This document shows positions 1-7,279 of a DNA stretch of 64,000 nt, piece by piece. Made by a program: the position numbers and the translations under genes. The notes beneath the pieces were generated by a model. That model saw only the letters and a list, made by a program, of their open reading frames with translations, was not told the DNA's origin and searched no databases. This DNA comes from an uncultured Bacteroidales bacterium (lineage in GTDB: Bacteria > Bacteroidota > Bacteroidia > Bacteroidales > UBA12077). How positions within the stretch are numbered: the first letter of the stretch is position 1; every line of letters starts with the position of its first letter. The DNA is taken from positions 1,361-65,360 of the forward strand of contig CAYWSJ010000004.1 in the NCBI GenBank assembly GCA_964461045.1, written 5' to 3'.

Positions 1-1
1 A

Positions 2-604
2 GAAGGAGATACCGGCCTTAATACAGGAGGGATGGGAGCTGTTTCTCCTGTAAGTTATGCCGATGACGATTTGATGACGAAGATCAGGGAGAAAATTATA
101 GAACCTACATTGAAAGGACTGAGAAAGGAGAACATAGAATATACAGGATTTCTTTATTTCGGGTTAATGAAGGTTGGAAATGAACCTTATGTCATCGAAT
201 ACAATGTCCGTCTCGGTGATCCCGAAACCCAGGCTGTACTGCCCCGTGTGGAATGCGATTTTATTGACCTTTTTAAAGCAATAGAAGAGAAGAAATTAAA
301 TGAAATTGAGGTGTCAATAAATCCTTATCCTTCAGCAACAGTGATATTAGCCTCTGAAGGTTACCCCGGGAAATATGAAAAAGGCAAGAAAATCAGCATT
401 TACGATAAATTTTCCGATGTGATGGTGTTTCATGCCGGGACAAAAAAAGAAAAAGGAGAATTGTTTTCTAATGGAGGAAGGGTGATGGGGGTCACTTCCA
501 TGAAAAACAATTTCAAATCTGTTTTTGCTTCGATCTATGAACAAATCAACCATATAGAATTTGAAGGGATGTATTACAGACGCGATATTGGAATGAACCT
601 TTAA
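2..604 (+). CDS. purD: phosphoribosylamine--glycine ligase, C-terminal part (5' end outside window)
   Basis: Frame is open from base 2 (EGDTGLNTGGMGAVSP matches the PurD GDxGPNTGGMG motif). Also GDPETQAVLPR, FHAGT and NGGRVMGVTS. Stop at 602-604. Confidence 0.9.
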   Translation, partial: EGDTGLNTGGMGAVSPVSYADDDLMTKIREKIIEPTLKGLRKENIEYTGFLYFGLMKVGNEPYVIEYNVRLGDPETQAVLPRVECDFIDLFKAIEEKKLNEIEVSINPYPSATVILASEGYPGKYEKGKKISIYDKFSDVMVFHAGTKKEKGELFSNGGRVMGVTSMKNNFKSVFASIYEQINHIEFEGMYYRRDIGMNL

Positions 605-614
605 GACTGAAATT

Positions 615-1613
615 ATGTTTTTATCTCTTGCAAGAAGTAAATCACCGGCCATGTTGTTGCTGCTTCTTTTATTAAGCATATTGCTTTGGTGGTATTCTTT
701 TTCAGAACAGCCCATGTTTCCTGTGGACAGGTATGAAGATGCATTATTTTTTAATTTTCTTAGCGACTTTTTAGATCTAAATAGTTTATCATCAAGGATT
801 ATAGCCTTTGTAATTATTATTATTGAGGCAATTGTACTTCTTGCTTACAACAAAAAATATATCCTTATTGAATCGCAGACCTTTTTCCCTGCTTTTATTT
901 TTGTCCTTTTTGCAAGTAGTTTTATTCATCTGCAGAAGCTAAATGCAGCTCTTATTGGAAGTCTGTTCATTTTTATCATGATAGGACAGATCTTTTCTTT
1001 GTACCGGAAAAGATATGTGTTGAATAATTTGTTTGCTGCCGGATTACTCGTTTCGCTGGCAAGTCTCTTTTACGTTTATGCGGCAATTTTTATTTTACTT
1101 ATTTGGATATCTCTTTCTATTCTTAGAAGTTTCAGTTTAAGAGAGTGGTTTGTAACTGTTCTTGGTTTCATTTTTCCCTATTTGTTTGTCCTTGCTTCTT
1201 TTTATCTAAGCGAAGGATTGACAATTAATGATTTTTGGGTAAAGGTTAATTCCCTGGTATTTTCTACTGTAGAAATTACTTTTTATAGCATTTCTCATTA
1301 TGTTTTGTATGGATTTATAGGCTTTTTAGTGATTATTGCCAGCTTTTTTCTTTTACGGACTTTTCCGGCCCGAAAAATTTATATAAGAATGTATTATGAA
1401 ATATTTTGGTGGATGTTTGTTTTAAGTTTGGCTATGTTTTTTGTGCCTAAATATATATCTTCTGCTGGTATTATATATTTTATTGGGTTGCCGGTTTCAT
1501 TTTTGCTGGGGAATTATTTTACAAATATTCGCTCAAAATCTACTGGGAATATATTTATAGGTTTGCTTTTCTTATTGGTGCTTTTCGTTCATGTGAATCA
1601 TTATATACTTTAA
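615..1613 (+). CDS. polytopic integral membrane protein, function unknown
   Basis: 332-aa ORF made almost entirely of hydrophobic segments. ATG lies 10 nt after the purD stop. No catalytic motif recognised. Confidence 0.6.
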   Translation: MFLSLARSKSPAMLLLLLLLSILLWWYSFSEQPMFPVDRYEDALFFNFLSDFLDLNSLSSRIIAFVIIIIEAIVLLAYNKKYILIESQTFFPAFIFVLFASSFIHLQKLNAALIGSLFIFIMIGQIFSLYRKRYVLNNLFAAGLLVSLASLFYVYAAIFILLIWISLSILRSFSLREWFVTVLGFIFPYLFVLASFYLSEGLTINDFWVKVNSLVFSTVEITFYSISHYVLYGFIGFLVIIASFFLLRTFPARKIYIRMYYEIFWWMFVLSLAMFFVPKYISSAGIIYFIGLPVSFLLGNYFTNIRSKSTGNIFIGLLFLLVLFVHVNHYIL

Positions 1614-1667
1614 ATGGTTATTAAAAGAGCAAGATATAATTGGTATTATTTGTTGAATTCTATTACA

Positions 1668-1697
1668 AAAAAACCCGGCATACCAGCCGGGGTTTTA
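1668..1697. terminator. bidirectional hairpin terminator between convergent genes
   Basis: CCCGGC (1674-1679) pairs with GCCGGG (1686-1691). An A-run lies on the left and GTTTT on the right. It sits between the + gene ending at 1613 and the - gene ending at 1740. Confidence 0.6.
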
Positions 1698-1739
1698 AAT
1701 TGTTTCAAAGCGAATATCTTTTAATGAATCAGGTTTTCT

Positions 1740-2189
1740 TTAGATTTTTTTCACAAACGAGAGAATAACCACTGCAAGCCCTTCCTTTCCATCTTCGAAT
1801 TCTACAAAAATATGATAAGCTCCTGTTTTTTGGCATGTAAACTCGAAGGAGGGATAAATTTTACCTGTGGCAACCATATAATTGGAGGCTTCTAATTTAC
1901 TACTACTAAATAATTTTAAGATGGCTCTTCCGGCATAATCTTTTGAACTGCAAATAGAAAATTTATAAACAGTATTTTTTCTTAAGACCAATGATTGCTT
2001 ATCCTGCAATGGTTCTTGACCTGGAGGTGTGCTTCCTAACTTAACAGTAAAATCCTTTAGGTAAGTTGCATCTCCTGCTACTCTTGAGCAGATATTAACC
2101 AATTCTTCACCACTCTGAGCAGAGGATTGATTGATTCCTGCAAATGTTATTAAAGAGATTATAATAATAAAAAAATACGTATTCTTCAT
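1740..2189 (-). CDS. small secreted protein, unknown function
   Basis: 149-aa ORF with an N-terminal signal-like segment (FFIIIISLITFAGINQSSAQ). Starts 4 nt downstream of the preceding lipoprotein gene. Last gene of the minus-strand operon. Confidence 0.55.
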   Translation of the reverse strand: MKNTYFFIIIISLITFAGINQSSAQSGEELVNICSRVAGDATYLKDFTVKLGSTPPGQEPLQDKQSLVLRKNTVYKFSICSSKDYAGRAILKLFSSSKLEASNYMVATGKIYPSFEFTCQKTGAYHIFVEFEDGKEGLAVVILSFVKKI

Positions 2190-2193
2190 AATA

Positions 2194-3102
2194 TTATAGA
2201 CTGATTAAGTTATTTCGGATTTTGTTTGTTTCCTCAATAATTTTATATAATTGTTCATCTGTTATTTTTACGATACTTTTTTCATTTTGTTTGAAAGTAA
2301 GCTGACCATTTTCATCAATTATTTGTTCTGTTTCCCCTTGCTCAATGGTTATTTTAACTTCTTTAAATATTTTATGAATTCTTTTATAATCCTTAATCAG
2401 GTCCTGGAAATCCGGATTGTTCCTGTAGTTTTCCAGAAGAATCATCAGATTTGACATCATTACTTTTTGTTCACCAATTGCTTCTCTTAATTGTGGGTCA
2501 GGATCTGATTTATATACTTCACTTGTAAGATATAATCCTTCAAGCCATGCACCTGCAATCATAAGGGCGCTTAAATTACTCCTGCTATTTTCTCTCAAAT
2601 ACTCATCCATTTGTTTGAAATTTCTTTGAGAAATGTAAATCAAAGAATCAATATTTTCACTACTGGATGCCAGTCTTTTTAATGTACTAAAATCAAAAAA
2701 CTGGCCAATTTTTAATTTGTCGGCAATTTTTTTTATGGATTTTAGATAATCTATAGATACGGTTGTTTTGCTGTACATATTAAGATAACCGAGGTCAGCC
2801 GCGTAAATACCAAGGAGGATTGATTGCCTGAAGCTGGTACTGTAACTATCCACATTATCTGTAGATGCCAGGTATTCTTTTGAAAACGGGACATTCAGGC
2901 TTTTGATTAACGCTGCTGTTTCAATGGGTGATGAGATGTTCTCTGTAATTTTTTCCATTGCCTGATCTGAAACTTCGTAAACACCTTTGTTTGCAACAGA
3001 GTCAGGAACCTCTAAAGAATTATCTTCATTCCCTTCATTCGAGCATTTACATCCTGAAATTAAAGCGATTATGAGTACTCCTAGAATAAACTTTATCTTC
3101 AT
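2194..3102 (-). CDS. lipoprotein, unknown function (mostly helical)
   Basis: 302-aa ORF with signal peptide plus lipobox (LIIALISGC). No recognisable enzymatic motif. Confidence 0.6.
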   Translation of the reverse strand: MKIKFILGVLIIALISGCKCSNEGNEDNSLEVPDSVANKGVYEVSDQAMEKITENISSPIETAALIKSLNVPFSKEYLASTDNVDSYSTSFRQSILLGIYAADLGYLNMYSKTTVSIDYLKSIKKIADKLKIGQFFDFSTLKRLASSSENIDSLIYISQRNFKQMDEYLRENSRSNLSALMIAGAWLEGLYLTSEVYKSDPDPQLREAIGEQKVMMSNLMILLENYRNNPDFQDLIKDYKRIHKIFKEVKITIEQGETEQIIDENGQLTFKQNEKSIVKITDEQLYKIIEETNKIRNNLISL

Positions 3103-3165
3103 ATTTATTCTGCTATGTGGATTAATACAAAAATAATATTATATCGTGTAAATTTAAAAAAATAT

Positions 3166-6100
3166 TTAGGATTTCCGAAAGATTAATTTTTTTAAATTGA
3201 CTTTCTGTGGTAAATTAAGCAATTTATATAATGCATTGTAGTATAATGCTATATAGAATATAATAGTCATTATAGCAATAATCGCTAAATTAAACCAGTA
3301 AGTGCCAAAATAATTTCCCATAAAATATTTTCTGGGCGCAAAAAAGTGAGCCCTGAAATTAAAAAATCCTTCCTCTTCGGGATCCTGATAAATCGGGTCA
3401 ATATGTTGTATTAACTTATCTTCGTATTGAATGATTTTATTTTTTTCCAGAACTTTTTTTACCTGGTCAGAAATACTCTCGTTATAGTACTGATCCTTAA
3501 TTTTTCTATAAAAAGAAGGTCTTGTTTCAAGCAAATAACTTCTGATATTATCTAATTTTCTGTTTGCTAAATGAAATTTCTTTGAATAATATTGATCTAA
3601 TCGTTCCAGGTAATCAGTAATTTCACTCAAAATCAATTTGTTTATTTTATCCACCTTGAGTTTATCCAGGTATTTGAAAGTTAGATCTGTTTTGTTCATT
3701 TCTTTTCCCAGTTCATTTCTGAGTAGCGCAAGATCAGATTTTAGCTTTTCCTTTATGTCCTCTTTATGACTAAATTTAAGATTTTTCTTAATTTTTTTGA
3801 CCTTTTTTTCTAATTCGGGGATATAATAGACCTGTTTATAATTGGCCTTGCTTTCCTTTTTTTCAAGATCGTAAAAATGTTGTTCGTATTTATTGTTTTT
3901 GAATTGGTTTACCATAAGTGCCTCATAAGACCATTTTGTGGGCATTATTTCAGCAATAAGGGGTACTTTATCCACACTGGTAATATTCCTGTTTAATTTA
4001 TCGAAGGGGAACATAGCCCCGCTGAGTATCATCATTGGGATCATTAATAACGGAATGATGATGTATATTGTAACAGCAGAGTTGAAGGTGGCTGAAATAT
4101 TTAATCCAATCATGTTAGCACATACGGCTGTTATAAATAATGCAAGCCAGTATTCGAAAAACATTCCGCGTATTTCGAGGATGCTGTTGGCAATCAGTAC
4201 AAACAGAACGGATTGTATGGCTGATATAACAGTCAAAATAAGCACTTTAGAGGTTAGGTAACTGGATTTACTTAAATTCAGAAATTGTTCTCTTTTAAGT
4301 ATTTTCCGGTCTCTGAATATTTCTTCTGCACTTACTGTTAACCCCAAAAACAGTGAAACAATAAGTGCCATAAAGATGTAAATAGGGATGTTTTCATTTA
4401 TGCGGAATATATACTCATCTGAGGTAGGGTTCGGTACATAGCGAATAATATATGATAGGATAAAGCCCAGAACAGGCGCTTCGAGTAAATTCAGGGCAAC
4501 GTATTGTTTGTTGCTTATTTTTGAGAGAAAATCCCTGATTGTATATATTTTAAATTGGGTTAACCAGGAGGGTATCTTGGTTGAAGAAGGGGGTTCTTCA
4601 TCTACTTCTTTGACATGTTCTATATTTATGTTTTCGTGTAGCCTTTCTTCCCATTTTTTAGGTGATACTTTTCTTTTGTCTGTGTATCTTCCATATTCAT
4701 CAACTACCCGGGCTTCCATAATGTTAAATATAAGTTCGGGATTTACGTTACCGCAGGTAGGGCACTCCCCCACATCGCTATTAATCTGTGCGTCAAGGCG
4801 TTTGAAATACATGACACTTTCCACGGGGTTTCCATAGTATACCATGTATCCTCCTTCATCAAGGATGATCATATTGTCAAACATTTTGTAGATCTCTGAT
4901 GAAGGTTGATGAATAACGACAAATATAAGCTTTCCTTTCAGAGTTAATTCCCGGAGGAGGTCCATTACATTTTCAGAGTCTCTTGAGGATAATCCTGAGG
5001 TTGGTTCATCTACAAAAAGAATGGCAGGCTCCCTGATTAATTCGAGGGAAATGTTCAGTCTTTTTCTTTGACCTCCGCTAATAAGTTTATTCATAGGAGA
5101 ACCGACCTTAAGGTCTTTGATTTCTCCCAGTCCGAGATTATATAAAGTTTTATCTACTAGCTCCTTGAGTTCTTCTTCTTCTTTGTCTCTAAAAACCAGT
5201 TTTGCATTATAGTATAAATTCTGAAAAACTGTAAGTTCCTCAATAAGAAGGTCATCCTGGGGAATGTATCCTATTGAACCTTTAAGATTTTCTTCTCCTT
5301 CATGGAGATTTGTGCCATTAATTCTTATTTCTCCTGTGGTTGGTTTGTTAATGCCGGACAGGATATTCAGCAGTGTTGTTTTACCAGCACCACTGGCTCC
5401 CATGATTCCAATTAATTTTCCCTGTGTTTCTGAAAAATTAATATTTCTGAGTCCTATGGCACCGTTCGGGAATTGATAGCCGATATTATCTGCTACATAG
5501 GAAATTTTCAGGGAGGTTGAGTCAGCCAGGTAATGTGCAACAACATCGCTGTAGTATATTGGTTTTCCTTTAGGGAGCTTGATTGAACCACCCTGAGCAA
5601 AGAGATAAATTCTTTTGTTGTTAAGAGGCAGGCCATTAAGGTTTATTTCTTCACTTCCCGTATAGCGTAAGAAATACAGGTCTACACTTTTTATATGCAG
5701 TATAAATATGTTGCCGTCTAGTGCAGTTGACTGGATATGCTTACAGTTCTCACAGGGGTTTTCTTTGTCGTTTATTATGAGTATGTTATGGTTGTCCAGT
5801 TTGGAAATATCATTGTTAATAACGAAGGTTTCAATACTTCTGTATTCTTCCCTGGTAACTTTAAAGACTTCGGCAACAGTGTTAATGATGGCCATTCTTT
5901 GTTCTGAGAATTTTCGGTCGGCATTGATCAACTCGAAAAGTCTTACCAGAACAATTATTTTCTGTTTTTGGGTAAGTGTTTTGTTAATTTTTTTACAAAG
6001 CCCTAGTATTCTTACGGAGTCTTTAACGGAGGTAAGTTTTCTTTTTTTCTCTTTTTCTCCGTTTTGGTTATTTTTTTTGTATCCTGCTTTTTTATCAAAA

Positions 6101-6249
6101 AGCTCTATATACTCCTGAATAGCCTCATCGTTGAGTTGTTGAGTGAGGAAATTTAAAACATAATCTCTTTCGTTGGTTTCAACACCATCATCTTGTTTTG
6201 CAATAATCGCAAACAACTGCATCAACGCCTTCAGAATCTCTTCACTCAT
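3166..6249 (-). CDS. ABCG/White-type ABC exporter (NBD-TMD fusion) with N-terminal TerB-like helical region and FHA-like beta region
   Basis: Walker A GASGAGKTT, signature LSGGQRKRL, Walker B ILFVDEPTSGLS and the ABCG hallmark VIHQPSSEIYKMFD. About 6 TM helices follow the NBD. A long charged C-terminal extension ends in one more TM. N-terminus has LFAIIAKQDDGVETNERDYV (TerB-like pattern). Confidence 0.85.
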   Translation of the reverse strand: MSEEILKALMQLFAIIAKQDDGVETNERDYVLNFLTQQLNDEAIQEYIELFDKKAGYKKNNQNGEKEKKRKLTSVKDSVRILGLCKKINKTLTQKQKIIVLVRLFELINADRKFSEQRMAIINTVAEVFKVTREEYRSIETFVINNDISKLDNHNILIINDKENPCENCKHIQSTALDGNIFILHIKSVDLYFLRYTGSEEINLNGLPLNNKRIYLFAQGGSIKLPKGKPIYYSDVVAHYLADSTSLKISYVADNIGYQFPNGAIGLRNINFSETQGKLIGIMGASGAGKTTLLNILSGINKPTTGEIRINGTNLHEGEENLKGSIGYIPQDDLLIEELTVFQNLYYNAKLVFRDKEEEELKELVDKTLYNLGLGEIKDLKVGSPMNKLISGGQRKRLNISLELIREPAILFVDEPTSGLSSRDSENVMDLLRELTLKGKLIFVVIHQPSSEIYKMFDNMIILDEGGYMVYYGNPVESVMYFKRLDAQINSDVGECPTCGNVNPELIFNIMEARVVDEYGRYTDKRKVSPKKWEERLHENINIEHVKEVDEEPPSSTKIPSWLTQFKIYTIRDFLSKISNKQYVALNLLEAPVLGFILSYIIRYVPNPTSDEYIFRINENIPIYIFMALIVSLFLGLTVSAEEIFRDRKILKREQFLNLSKSSYLTSKVLILTVISAIQSVLFVLIANSILEIRGMFFEYWLALFITAVCANMIGLNISATFNSAVTIYIIIPLLMIPMMILSGAMFPFDKLNRNITSVDKVPLIAEIMPTKWSYEALMVNQFKNNKYEQHFYDLEKKESKANYKQVYYIPELEKKVKKIKKNLKFSHKEDIKEKLKSDLALLRNELGKEMNKTDLTFKYLDKLKVDKINKLILSEITDYLERLDQYYSKKFHLANRKLDNIRSYLLETRPSFYRKIKDQYYNESISDQVKKVLEKNKIIQYEDKLIQHIDPIYQDPEEEGFFNFRAHFFAPRKYFMGNYFGTYWFNLAIIAIMTIIFYIALYYNALYKLLNLPQKVNLKKLIFRKS

Positions 6250-6271
6250 TTTCTAATATTTTCTCGACAAT

Positions 6272-6652
6272 TTACAATACGTAACTAACCTGTTCAAAAG
6301 GGATATCTACTATATCTGCATATTCTTCTCCGGCTTCTTCCATATCTTCGTCATCTTCCGGATAATACCATTTAATAAGAACATCGTTCCCGTTTTCATA
6401 CATTTCTTCCAGTTTCATTAAAATATCAAGAAGAAGTTTTGAAGATGCTGTATTGAAATAAACTAATTTAAATGAAAATATGGTTTTTGCATTTGGATTT
6501 TCTGCATATTCTTCAAGCCAGTTCAGGATAGGTTCATAAAAAGTTGTCACATCTTCAGGTAAAGACCTTCCTGATATTTCAAAGATCTCATTATCTTTGT
6601 CAAGAATAACACTAGGCGTATCGTCTGTTCCTTTTATTTTTATTACTTCCAT
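6272..6652 (-). CDS. DUF1987 / SiaC-like partner-switch phosphoprotein
   Basis: 126 aa. N-terminal KIKGTDDTPSVILDKDNEIFEISGRSLPED, then FYEPILNWL and the YFNT68ASSK motif, with an acidic C-terminus. This is the typical DUF1987 layout. Confidence 0.75.
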   Translation of the reverse strand: MEVIKIKGTDDTPSVILDKDNEIFEISGRSLPEDVTTFYEPILNWLEEYAENPNAKTIFSFKLVYFNTASSKLLLDILMKLEEMYENGNDVLIKWYYPEDDEDMEEAGEEYADIVDIPFEQVSYVL

Positions 6653-6666
6653 AATTCAAACATTTA

Positions 6667-7242
6667 TTAATTATTTCTAGAAATTGATGATGAAAGAAGG
6701 AAAAACGAACTTGTTTCATCAATTGGTAAAAAGTGGTATTCTAATTTGTTCCCGGTTTTTCTTGCAATATCAATAAAACCAAGGCCAGCACCACCTTTAT
6801 CGGATAATCTTCCTTCTCGCATTTGTTTTTTGTAAAGTTGTTTTAATCCTTCTTTATCCAAACTGTTAATTTCCTCGAGCATGTCGGTTAGTTCTTCTAT
6901 CTTCCTGTTTTCTATCACATTCCCGGTTGTTACATGGTAATCTCTTTTTCCTTTGCTTACCATGAAGATTCCACGTCCGGCAAACAGGTAATCGTCAGAG
7001 CCAAATGTGTCGGCATGTTTGCTTATGTTTTGCAAACACTCAACCATTACATGGAAGACTTTCTTTTGCACTGTATTTGATTCTTCTTCTTTGGCCATGT
7101 TTGATTCGGTCAATGAGGTAAAAGCTTTTGTGATCTGGTGTGTAATTTCACCCTCATAGACCAGTGTAATTTCATGAGCTTTCATTGACCTATAAAAATC
7201 GTATACAAATTCAAGAAAGCCTTTCACATTATGTTTATCCAT
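6667..7242 (-). CDS. SiaB-like protein kinase (RsbW/SpoIIAB-type GHKL fold)
   Basis: 191 aa. N-box-like VECLQNISKH and G-box-like DKGGAGLGFIDIARKTG. Sits immediately upstream of the DUF1987 gene (14-nt gap). Confidence 0.7.
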   Translation of the reverse strand: MDKHNVKGFLEFVYDFYRSMKAHEITLVYEGEITHQITKAFTSLTESNMAKEEESNTVQKKVFHVMVECLQNISKHADTFGSDDYLFAGRGIFMVSKGKRDYHVTTGNVIENRKIEELTDMLEEINSLDKEGLKQLYKKQMREGRLSDKGGAGLGFIDIARKTGNKLEYHFLPIDETSSFFLLSSSISRNN

Positions 7243-7279
7243 AACATAGGTATTAATTTAGTTAAACAAAGTAAATATA

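Noticed and set aside
347-715. 122-aa minus-strand ORF
   Set aside because: It is antisense to the well-supported purD coding region and has no motif.
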